The notes under the pieces are model-generated. The model made no database searches and was not told the DNA's origin. It saw only the letters and a list, made by a program, of their open reading frames with translations. Of a stretch of 26,092 bases of DNA, positions 7,804 to 15,983 are shown in pieces. Location: positions 1 through 26,092 of the forward strand of contig CAYLPO010000001.1 in NCBI GenBank assembly GCA_964385575.1. The letters are read 5' to 3'. Origin of the DNA: an uncultured Lachnospiraceae bacterium. GTDB taxonomy: Bacteria > Bacillota > Clostridia > Lachnospirales > Lachnospiraceae. The position numbers and the translations under genes were made by a program. The number at the start of each line of letters is the position of its first letter. The stretch's first letter is position 1.

Positions 7804-8757
7804 ATGGCCCCTTTATTAGAAGTAAAAGATTTAAAAAAGTACTTCGAAACCAATAGCGGCACACTTCATGCTGTAGATGGAATCACCTTTTCATTGGATA
7901 AGAAGAAGACTCTTGGTGTTGTTGGTGAATCCGGATGCGGAAAGTCTACACTGGGACGAACCATTCTGCATTTGACTAAACCAACATCAGGGGAAGTGTT
8001 CTTTGACGGAGAGGATATTTCCAATCCTTCCAAGCATGATATCCATGTGCTTCGGCAGAAAATGCAGATGATCTTTCAAGATCCTTTTTCTTCACTGGAT
8101 CCTCGAAAATCTGTCTGTGACGCGATCATGGAGCCTTTCATCATACATAGTAATCTATCAAAAGAAGAAATGTATGAAAAGACGCATGAGCTGATGGAAG
8201 TAGTCGGAATTGCAGAGAGATTCGAAAATTCTTATCCTCATGAGCTTGACGGAGGAAGAAGACAGCGCATCGGTATCGCACGCGCGTTGGCGCTGAACCC
8301 GCAGTTTATCGTGTGTGACGAGCCGGTGTCCGCGTTGGATGTTTCCATTCAGGCGCAGATCATTAATCTGATGCTGGATCTCCAGGAGGAGAGAGGGCTT
8401 TCGTATCTGTTCATTACGCATGACCTGTCCGTGGTGAAATATATCTCGGACGATATCATGGTTATGTACCTCGGCCAGATGGTGGAAAAAGCGCCAGCGG
8501 AGGAGCTGTTTGCAAACACACAACATCCTTATTCGAAAGCGTTGCTTTCTGCAGTGCCTGTGCCGGATGTGCATAAGCAGCAGAACAGAATAGAGTTGAA
8601 AGGAGAACTGGTTTCTCCGATCAACCCCAAACCTGGCTGCCGCTTCATGCCGAGATGTAAATATGCTACGAAAGAGTGTATGAAACCTCAGGTATTAGAA
8701 GAATGCAGCCCAGGGCACTTTGTTTCGTGCTGTAGGTATAAGGAAATAAACAAGTAG
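7804..8757 (+). CDS. Peptide ABC transporter ATP-binding protein (DppF/OppF family)
   Basis: Walker A GESGCGKST, LDGGRRQRI signature variant, VCDEPVSALD, C-terminal GCRFMPRC. Confidence 0.94.
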   Translation: MAPLLEVKDLKKYFETNSGTLHAVDGITFSLDKKKTLGVVGESGCGKSTLGRTILHLTKPTSGEVFFDGEDISNPSKHDIHVLRQKMQMIFQDPFSSLDPRKSVCDAIMEPFIIHSNLSKEEMYEKTHELMEVVGIAERFENSYPHELDGGRRQRIGIARALALNPQFIVCDEPVSALDVSIQAQIINLMLDLQEERGLSYLFITHDLSVVKYISDDIMVMYLGQMVEKAPAEELFANTQHPYSKALLSAVPVPDVHKQQNRIELKGELVSPINPKPGCRFMPRCKYATKECMKPQVLEECSPGHFVSCCRYKEINK

Positions 8758-8778
8758 CTGTTTGGAAAGGAGGAATTT

Positions 8779-10353
8779 ATGAAGATGTTAAAGAGGATTC
8801 TTGCTGTTTCTCTCGCGGCTCTGCTTCTTGTCAGTGCAGCAGCCTGCGGAGGAGGAGGGCAGTCAAGTTCCGGAACGGGAGAAACTGCTGGTGGCGAAGC
8901 CGGTGCCGCAGAAGACAGAGTGCTTCATGTGAGCGTCTATGGTGATCCGGGTTCGCTTTTGCCCACAGCGTCGAACTCAATCGGCGGCTTCTTTGGTGTG
9001 ATTCGCTCGTTGTATGATACTCCTTGGAACATCCGAGAAGATGGTACGATGGATTATTGCCTGGTTGAGTCGATGGATGTGGTCAGCGACGTAGAATATA
9101 CACTGCATCTTCGGGAGGGCGTGACCTTCTCGAACGGTAATCCGTTCACGGCGGAAGACTTTATTTTCACCATGGAGCTGGATCGTGATCACCCGCAGCA
9201 TTATCTAAATGTCGCTTCTGTCGATTTTGAAAAAACGAATATTGTTGATGATTACACGATCGATCTGTGGCTGACCCACTATGATGTTAGCGCATGGCCC
9301 GGAATGGCAATTATGTTCATCATGGATAAGGAGTCTTATGATGAACAGTCGCTGGCGTTAACGCCGATCGGAACAGGTGCTTATGAGCTGGTGGATTACG
9401 TGCCGAACAGCTCGGTCACATTAAGAGCCAGAGAAGGTTTCTGGGGCGAAGCGCCTCACATCGAGAATGTAGTATTTGACATGAAGGCAGAGGAGTCACA
9501 GAGAGTCAATGCACTCGTGACTGGAGACACGCAGTATAGCACAATTCCTACTTCTGAGGTGGAATACATTGAGTCGTTGGGCGATTACAATGTCCAGGTC
9601 GTTCCTTCGGCTGGTAACGTTAGCGCACTCTTTAACTGCACACCTGGTGCGCCTCTCGGAACGGTTGATGCGCGACTGGCAGTGATGTATGCCATTAACC
9701 GAGATGATATTGTCAATCTCGTATATGACGGGGTCGCCGGAACGCCCAATTACCCCGCATCGAACTCCGCCATCGGTTATGAGGGTCATGAAGATATGTT
9801 CTCGATGGAGGTTTATGATCACGGCTATGATCCTGATCTTGCACGTGAATATGCGGAGCGGGCCGGATTGGTTGGGCAGACGCTTACCATCACGACAAAC
9901 GGAGACCTTACTTACAACACGATCGCTGAGATCATTCAGGACAATCTCCGCGAGATCGGCGTGGAGTCCACGATCACGCAGTATGATACCGGTTCCTATA
10001 CCGGTACACTGATGGATACCAGCACCTTCGATATCGGCCTTCTGGCGGTCGGATGTCCTTCCAGAGTAGCGTTTGATATGCTGTACGGATACCTGTCCTT
10101 CCTTGGATTAGGTTGGGAAGGTCCGGAGAGAGAGCAGGTCATCTCGCTTCTGGAGGCGGCACTGGCCTCCCCGGATGAGGAAGTGCAGCGCGACTATTTC
10201 ACGCAGGCCATGGAAGTTTGGGATACGGTCCATCCTTGGTTCGCTCTGGTGGAAGGCGTGAACCCGGTCGCAGTGAGCAATGAGATCGGTGGTTATGAGT
10301 ACTATCTGGATGCGTGCCTGCACGTTGCGGACTGGTACTGGATCTCGGAGTAA
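8779..10353 (+). CDS. ABC substrate-binding lipoprotein, family 5 (Dpp/Opp/Nik type)
   Basis: Lipobox AAAC (Cys23); LREGVTFSNGNPFTAEDFIFT family-5 signature; PIGTGAYEL; SD GGAGG. Confidence 0.92.
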   Translation: MKMLKRILAVSLAALLLVSAAACGGGGQSSSGTGETAGGEAGAAEDRVLHVSVYGDPGSLLPTASNSIGGFFGVIRSLYDTPWNIREDGTMDYCLVESMDVVSDVEYTLHLREGVTFSNGNPFTAEDFIFTMELDRDHPQHYLNVASVDFEKTNIVDDYTIDLWLTHYDVSAWPGMAIMFIMDKESYDEQSLALTPIGTGAYELVDYVPNSSVTLRAREGFWGEAPHIENVVFDMKAEESQRVNALVTGDTQYSTIPTSEVEYIESLGDYNVQVVPSAGNVSALFNCTPGAPLGTVDARLAVMYAINRDDIVNLVYDGVAGTPNYPASNSAIGYEGHEDMFSMEVYDHGYDPDLAREYAERAGLVGQTLTITTNGDLTYNTIAEIIQDNLREIGVESTITQYDTGSYTGTLMDTSTFDIGLLAVGCPSRVAFDMLYGYLSFLGLGWEGPEREQVISLLEAALASPDEEVQRDYFTQAMEVWDTVHPWFALVEGVNPVAVSNEIGGYEYYLDACLHVADWYWISE

Positions 10354-10406
10354 CCCTGTAAAGCAGTTATGATGGGCTTATGTTAGGCTGTTGAAGTACG
10401 AGTCAT

Positions 10407-10452
10407 TCTCCCATACGGTGTGTCGATGATCTTCGGCACACTGTATGGGGGA
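10407..10452 (+). other. 20-bp intergenic RNA stem-loop adjoining the SD of the UroD-family gene
   Basis: TCTCCCATACGGTGTGTCGA-tgatct-TCGGCACACTGTATGGGGGA; all three deviations from a perfect DNA inverted repeat are G-U pairs on the + strand. Confidence 0.7.
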
Positions 10453-10465
10453 GGAGGAAATAATT

Positions 10466-11470
10466 ATGAACAACAAAGAAAACTATTTGGCAGTACTCAG
10501 AGGAGAACAGCCTGAACGTGTGCCGGTTCTGGTGCCGGGAGCGACTTCAGGACCTCCGGTTGTTATGATGTTTTCTCCAATTCTTTTAAGTCATCAGTAC
10601 ACGGATCCCGGTCCGGCGAAGGACGTGTGGGGTGTTACTTATGTTCCAGTAGAGGATGCGGGGGGCGCAAAGGTTCCTGAACCAGGGAATCATGTTATCA
10701 CAGACATCACCAAGTGGCGAGATATCATTCATGTGCCGGATATTTCAGGGATCGACTGGGAAGCACTGGCGAAGAAGGATCTGGAAACCATTAACCGGGA
10801 AGAAACGGCCGTGAACTACGGCGCCATGTGTAATCCATTCCTAACTTTGATGGCGTTAATGGGCTTCGAGGAAGGGCTTCTGGCAATGTGTGAAGAACCG
10901 GAAGAAGTCTATGCTTTATTAGAGTATATTACGGATTTTTGTATTGAAGTCAGTGAAAAGTGTATCGATTATTATCAGCCAGATGTTTATGCAATGTGCG
11001 ATGATATTGCAGCGTGGCTGAACCCGTTCATCTCTTTGGACCTGTATCGAGAGGTGATCAAACCACTTCATGTGAAGCTGGCAAAGCTTGCGAACGACCG
11101 GGGGATCCCGATCGACATGCATTGTTGTGGACACTGTGAGATTTTTATTGATGACTGGAGAGAATTCGGTGTTGTCTCCTGGAATCCGGCGCAGACATGC
11201 AATGATCTGAAAAAGATCAAGGAAACTTACGGTAATTCGTTTGTGATTACCGGCGGATGGGACGCACAGGGAGAGCTTCTTGAAAAAGATGTTTCGGAAG
11301 AAGTGGTAAAACAATCCGTTTATGATGCGTTTGACCGGTGCGCTCCGGGTGGCGGATATGTTTTCAGCGGCGGTTTTCTGGGTGCGATCGGGGATCCGAT
11401 CGTAGCAAAGAAGAACAAATGGGTCGCGGAAGCGGCCACAGAATACGCAGAAAAGTTTTATAAATACTAA
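10466..11470 (+). CDS. Uroporphyrinogen decarboxylase / MtaA-MtbA methyltransferase fold protein (not canonical HemE)
   Basis: MNNKENYLAVLRGEQPERVP start, DVWGV, LMGFEEGLLAM...PEEV, CDDIA, MHCCGH, GGWD, APGGGYVF. Lacks the HemE RQAGR motif. SD GGAGG 8 nt before ATG 10466. Confidence 0.82.
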   Translation: MNNKENYLAVLRGEQPERVPVLVPGATSGPPVVMMFSPILLSHQYTDPGPAKDVWGVTYVPVEDAGGAKVPEPGNHVITDITKWRDIIHVPDISGIDWEALAKKDLETINREETAVNYGAMCNPFLTLMALMGFEEGLLAMCEEPEEVYALLEYITDFCIEVSEKCIDYYQPDVYAMCDDIAAWLNPFISLDLYREVIKPLHVKLAKLANDRGIPIDMHCCGHCEIFIDDWREFGVVSWNPAQTCNDLKKIKETYGNSFVITGGWDAQGELLEKDVSEEVVKQSVYDAFDRCAPGGGYVFSGGFLGAIGDPIVAKKNKWVAEAATEYAEKFYKY

Positions 11471-11497
11471 GGGTGAGTGCCACTACCTCGAAAGCCT

Positions 11498-11539
11498 GCC
11501 AAACCTGGCCGCACGAAGAGTGCGGCCAGGTTTGGCTTT
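11498..11539 (+). terminator. Terminator-like hairpin ending the cupin-ABC-UroD operon
   Basis: Perfect 17-bp stem GCCAAACCTGGCCGCAC-gaaga-GTGCGGCCAGGTTTGGC followed by a short T run, 27 nt after the stop. Confidence 0.7.
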
Positions 11540-11614
11540 ACAAAAAGCCTTTGTTGTTTGTTCTAAAATTAGATCTTAATGGTGAAGCATAACACATTAA
11601 GGTATACTGGGCTC

Positions 11615-12169
11615 ATGAAAAGATATATATTTCGAAAACTGAAACCGGCCGAAGCCCCCGCCATGTTCGACCTGATCATGGGGCGCGTTGCCTGGATGGA
11701 TGAAGTCGGCATCCGGCAGTGGAACGTCACGAAGTATGACGAGTGCTACCCGCCGGAGTATTACGCGGCGCACGCGGAGGCGGGGCGGATCTTCTGTCTG
11801 GCGGGCGAGGATGAGACCACCAAGGCGGAGCCGCGGCTGATCGCGGTCGGCCTCCTGCTCGAGGAAGATGAGCGTTGGCCTGACGGCTTGCCGCACACCG
11901 AGCCGGAGACCGGGGAGACGCTGCCGGCGGCGAGCGCCTACTATCTGCATCATTTCGCGACCGCGGTCGGCGCCCCGAAGGGCATCGGCAGCGAGTTCCT
12001 GCGGGCCGCGGAGGAGTACGGTGCGGCGCAGGGCAAGACCTGGTTCCGCCTGGACTCCGCGGATGATAACCAGACACTGGAAGCGTATTACACGTCGCGC
12101 GGCTACGAGCCCGCGGGGACGTGCGTGGACGGATTATACACCGGGGTATTGCGGCAGAAGAGACTTTAG
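11615..12169 (+). CDS. GNAT-family N-acetyltransferase
   Basis: YYLHHFATAVGAPKGIGSEFL (motif A-like), RLDSADDNQTLEAYYTSRGYEPAG; start taken as ATG 11615 (MKRYIFRK). Confidence 0.85.
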   Translation: MKRYIFRKLKPAEAPAMFDLIMGRVAWMDEVGIRQWNVTKYDECYPPEYYAAHAEAGRIFCLAGEDETTKAEPRLIAVGLLLEEDERWPDGLPHTEPETGETLPAASAYYLHHFATAVGAPKGIGSEFLRAAEEYGAAQGKTWFRLDSADDNQTLEAYYTSRGYEPAGTCVDGLYTGVLRQKRL

Positions 12170-12263
12170 AGGGACGGCCGGGCCGTGCAGCGGGAGACCG
12201 CGGCGCATGGTCCGGCCTTGCGGACGTTCGGCTTTCGGCCGCCGCGAAAACGGAGGAAGGGTT

Positions 12264-13043
12264 ATGGAACAGATCCGGATCAATGAAAACACCTGGCGCT
12301 TCGAGGAAGAAGGCGTGCGGTTCTTTCTGCTCGCGGGCACGGAGAAAGCGCTGCTGATCGACAGCGGCATGATGACGACGAACGCGCGTGAGATCGCGGA
12401 AGATGTGCTGAAGTGGTACGCTGCGGAGCTGGCCGGTGGTTCGGCGGCGGGCGTGGAACCGGGGGATGTGCCGGCATTGCCCCTGGAGCTTCTGAACACG
12501 CATGCGGACCTGGATCACATGGCGGGCAATGCCGCCTTCGGGAAGTTCTACATGCACCCGGACGAGTGCTACAACTACTATAAGAATGAGCGGCCGGACT
12601 TCATGCCGGCGCCGCCCGCGGATGCGGAGATCGTCCCGGTGTGGGACGGCGATGTGCTGGATCTGGGCGGGCGCGAGCTCGAGATCATCGGGCTGCCGGG
12701 GCATACGCCGGGGAGCATCGCAGTGCTCGACCGCGCGGCGCGCGTGCTGATCAGCGGCGACCCCATTCAGGACGGGAATATCTTCATGTTCGGGCCCATG
12801 CGCGAGATGCATGCGTACCGGATGAGCCTGCAGCGGCTGGAAAAGATCATGGCGGAGCGGGATCCGTTCGACGAGATCTGGGCCAGCCACGGGTCCTTCC
12901 CGGTGAAGCCGGAGCTGGTGCGGCAGCTGGATGAGGCCGCGGGCCGGGTGCTTGCTGGCGAGGTCGGGACCGAGCCGATCGATATGCATGGCATGACGGT
13001 GCAGCGCGCGGATGTGGGGTGCGCGGCGTTCCTGTTGGATTAA
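12264..13043 (+). CDS. MBL-fold metallo-hydrolase
   Basis: LLIDSG, THADLDHMAGN (HxDxDH variant), GHTPGS, SGD, WASHG; SD GGAGG upstream of ATG 12264. Confidence 0.88.
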   Translation: MEQIRINENTWRFEEEGVRFFLLAGTEKALLIDSGMMTTNAREIAEDVLKWYAAELAGGSAAGVEPGDVPALPLELLNTHADLDHMAGNAAFGKFYMHPDECYNYYKNERPDFMPAPPADAEIVPVWDGDVLDLGGRELEIIGLPGHTPGSIAVLDRAARVLISGDPIQDGNIFMFGPMREMHAYRMSLQRLEKIMAERDPFDEIWASHGSFPVKPELVRQLDEAAGRVLAGEVGTEPIDMHGMTVQRADVGCAAFLLD

Positions 13044-13114
13044 AGCGCCCGCTGACTTTTTTCAGCGGAAGAATTCGGAAGAACGCGCTATAATCGAATG
13101 CAGGAGGAACGCCT

Positions 13115-14302
13115 ATGTCTATCGTTAATCTCGAGTTCCTGAGCCATGAACCCATCGAAAACGTCGTCACCGAGCTGAAATATCAGATCGACAAGACCGT
13201 ATGCTTCGGAGACGTCGAGATCGTCGCCGCGGAGCGTGACCGCACGGAGGCCTTTCTGAAACAGTACTGCGGTGTGCGCGAAGTCGATTTTCGTGTGGTT
13301 TCGACCGATGACCTCAGCGCGGTCCTGCACGAGCTGCGGCAAGCCGCAGACGCGGAGCTGGCCGCGGGAAATCATGTGACCGTCGACATCACCGGCGGTG
13401 AGCCGTTGCCGCTCGTGGCCTGCGGCATCCTGTCGCGGGAGTATGCGGTGCCGCTGCATCTGTTCGATATTCCGAATGATACCATGACCGAGATCGCCGG
13501 CGGCGGGGACCTTACGGCACCGTTCACTCTGGCTGCGGACGGCATACCGCGCCGGGAGAAACTGGATCTGGAGGGGTTCATCCGCATGCGCGGCGGGCGC
13601 ATTGTCCAGAGGATGCACAAGCGCTCGAAGGAGATCGACCTCGATGCGGAGCGCGCCGACATCGAGGCGCTCTGGAACGTCAGTAAGGAGCACCTTGAGT
13701 CCTGGAACAGCTTCGCGGTCTATCTGCAGGGGTTTGCCCCGGATGAGGATCTGCGCGTGGTGATCCCGCCGGAGGCCTCGCGGGCCAAGCTTGCGAACCT
13801 GAAGAAGCTGGACGGCAAGCGCGAGATCGACATCATGCTGAACTGCTGCGCGGACGTCGGGGTGATCGAGGACCTGGTGATCGAGGCGGGCGGCGCGACA
13901 GAGTTCCGCTACCGCGACGCGGAGGCGAAGAACCGTCTCTGGGAGGCCGGGTGCATTCTGGAGCTGCACACGTATGTGGGCGAGGCGGCCGACTGTGATG
14001 ACTGCCTAGTGGGCGCGCATCTGGACTGGGACGGCGTGGTCCACGGCGGCCGGAACGAGGACGTGCTGAATGAGATCGACGTCCTGGTGCTGCGCGGGCT
14101 CGTGCCGACATTCATCTCCTGCAAGAGCGGTTCCATGGACAAGGAAGCACTGTATGAACTGCGCACCGTGACCGAGCGCTTCGGCGGGAAGTACGCGAAG
14201 ATGATGCTGACCGCGCCGAAGGGCGTGACCCGGGCGGACCGCATGCGTGCCGAGGAGATGGGCATTGAAGTGCGCGTGGAACCGCGCGAGCCGAAGATCT
14301 GA
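13115..14302 (+). CDS. DUF1887-family CARF-domain protein with C-terminal restriction-endonuclease-like domain (Card1/Can2-like)
   Basis: CARF signature VDITGGE in the N-terminal Rossmann-like part; C-terminal GCILE...NEIDVL...FISCKSG...ALYEL...FGG fits PD-(D/E)XK; SD AGGAGG. Confidence 0.75.
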   Translation: MSIVNLEFLSHEPIENVVTELKYQIDKTVCFGDVEIVAAERDRTEAFLKQYCGVREVDFRVVSTDDLSAVLHELRQAADAELAAGNHVTVDITGGEPLPLVACGILSREYAVPLHLFDIPNDTMTEIAGGGDLTAPFTLAADGIPRREKLDLEGFIRMRGGRIVQRMHKRSKEIDLDAERADIEALWNVSKEHLESWNSFAVYLQGFAPDEDLRVVIPPEASRAKLANLKKLDGKREIDIMLNCCADVGVIEDLVIEAGGATEFRYRDAEAKNRLWEAGCILELHTYVGEAADCDDCLVGAHLDWDGVVHGGRNEDVLNEIDVLVLRGLVPTFISCKSGSMDKEALYELRTVTERFGGKYAKMMLTAPKGVTRADRMRAEEMGIEVRVEPREPKI

Positions 14303-14331
14303 GGCGCTGCAGGGACACGGCGGAGAGCTTT

Positions 14332-15012
14332 ATGAAGTTTGACCTGACCGGCTGGCGTGGCCGTTATCCCGCCCTGCGAAAGAACCTGACAGACATGGTC
14401 ACGGAGTCGCAGATCAAATTGGGCTATGCCCAAATGCCGGCGGCATTTTATTATCCGGTCGAGTCGCTGGAGCGGCTGCTGGGGATGGAGCCGCTGCCGG
14501 ACGCCCGCGCGGACCTGCCGGATGCGGACCGGGCGTATTTTGTCGCCGCCCGCCTGGCGCGGATGCAGGGCGTTTTGGAGGATTTCGCCGCGGAGAACGC
14601 GGACCGCTTCGGGCAGATCGGCGTCTCACACAACGGCGAACGCTTTTGCCTGCGGGTTTCCGCCGAAGGAGCGCGGATCATTCATGAGACGGTGCCGCAG
14701 CCGGCGTTTCTCGTTGAGCTGATCCGCTGCCTGGAGGGGCACCCCTCGGAGGAGTCGCTGCTGGATGTGTTCCGGCGGCACGGCGAGGACGTCGGTGGTC
14801 ATGACGGCGGGGCCCGCCCGGGCAATGTCGTCACCCGGCGGATTGACGGCGAATTCGATCTGCTGGTGTATTTCGGGGACGGCGAACCGGATGACTACCG
14901 TTACTGTCTGAAATTCGAGGGAGAACCCGAGCCCGACGGACACCGGCATGTGATCTTCCACCGGTTCACGCCGGCGGATTATGAGGCGCTGGGGATCGGG
15001 CCCGGCGTTTGA
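14332..15012 (+). CDS. DUF3877-family protein
   Basis: LRKNLTDMVTESQIKLGY...FYYPVESL and DDYRYC...FHRFT match the family as I recall it. Confidence 0.7.
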   Translation: MKFDLTGWRGRYPALRKNLTDMVTESQIKLGYAQMPAAFYYPVESLERLLGMEPLPDARADLPDADRAYFVAARLARMQGVLEDFAAENADRFGQIGVSHNGERFCLRVSAEGARIIHETVPQPAFLVELIRCLEGHPSEESLLDVFRRHGEDVGGHDGGARPGNVVTRRIDGEFDLLVYFGDGEPDDYRYCLKFEGEPEPDGHRHVIFHRFTPADYEALGIGPGV

Positions 15013-15035
15013 GGATGTGACAAAGAGGAAAACCC

Positions 15036-15857
15036 ATGAAAAACCTGAGCGAACACACCATCGAGACCCCCATGGGGTTCATTCCGAAAGGCCTCTCGAG
15101 CGACGAGCCCTCGAAGGGACCTGCACTGCCCGAAGACTTCGGGGAATTCGACAACTTCCGCGACATGATGCTGCTCTACACCTGCGCCATCCGCGAAGTG
15201 AACACGAAACTGGAAAATCTGGACGCGGAGCTGGAGCTGACCGCCGAGCGGAACCCGATCCAGTACATCACGCACCGCGTGAAGACCCCGGCGAGCATCA
15301 TGAAGAAGATGCGCCGCATGGGCGTGCCGCTGACGTTCCAGAACGTCTGGGACAACCTGAACGATGTCGCAGGCGTGCGCGTGGTCTGCTCGTATCTCGA
15401 GGATATCTATGAGCTCGCGGACGTGCTGCTGAAGCAGGATGACATCCGCCTGATCAAGCGCAAGGACTACATCAAAAACCCGAAGCCCAGCGGCTACCGC
15501 AGCCTGCACCTCGTCATCGAGACGCCGGTCTTCCTGTCCGAGCAGAAGCACATGGTCCGGGTCGAGATCCAGATCCGCACGATCGCGATGGATTTCTGGG
15601 CCAGCCTGGAGCACCAGCTGCGTTATAAGACGGACATCGAGATCCCGGATTCGATCCGGCACGACCTGACCGACATTGCGGACGATATGTTCAAGACGGA
15701 CCTGAAGATGAGCCAGATCAGCCGCCGTATCCAGCGGATCTCGCGCGTGAAGCATGAGGCGCAGGAGCTCGCGAAGAAGGCGAAGGCGGCCGAGGCCGGC
15801 GGCGCCGGGGCTGATGCGGGCAATGCTGCGGATCCGGGCAACGCCGGCGGACGATGA
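15036..15857 (+). CDS. Small alarmone synthetase (RelA/SpoT GTP pyrophosphokinase, YwaC/YjbM-like)
   Basis: RVKTPASIMKK, DVAGVRVVC, KDYIKNPKPSGYRSLH, EIQIRTIAMDFWASLEH. Confidence 0.92.
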   Translation: MKNLSEHTIETPMGFIPKGLSSDEPSKGPALPEDFGEFDNFRDMMLLYTCAIREVNTKLENLDAELELTAERNPIQYITHRVKTPASIMKKMRRMGVPLTFQNVWDNLNDVAGVRVVCSYLEDIYELADVLLKQDDIRLIKRKDYIKNPKPSGYRSLHLVIETPVFLSEQKHMVRVEIQIRTIAMDFWASLEHQLRYKTDIEIPDSIRHDLTDIADDMFKTDLKMSQISRRIQRISRVKHEAQELAKKAKAAEAGGAGADAGNAADPGNAGGR

Positions 15858-15870
15858 AACGGATTCTTTG

Positions 15871-15899
15871 TTGAACATTGCCCCCGGACGATTTATGAT
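15871..15899 (+). promoter_or_regulatory. Sigma70/A promoter
   Basis: TTGAAC-N17-TATGAT upstream of the PNPOx-like gene. Confidence 0.5.
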
Positions 15900-15983
15900 A
15901 GTACCGTGGCGCCCGGCGCCGAAATCAAGTTTTTGTGGACGAATGAGAGTTTTCTCAAACATGAATTAAGGAGGATTTTTACT

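Larger units (their letters stand above)
273..11600. other. Putative horizontally acquired lower-GC island (no mobility gene seen)
   Basis: By eye, GC is roughly 45-50% with many A/T-ending codons, versus roughly 60-65% and strongly G/C-ending codons in ybaK and in genes after 11650. Confidence 0.6.

Noticed and set aside
8245-8275. ABC signature LDGGR instead of LSGGQ in the DppF-like ATPase
   Set aside because: To my knowledge a common variant in Firmicutes OppF/DppF proteins; not evidence of inactivation.
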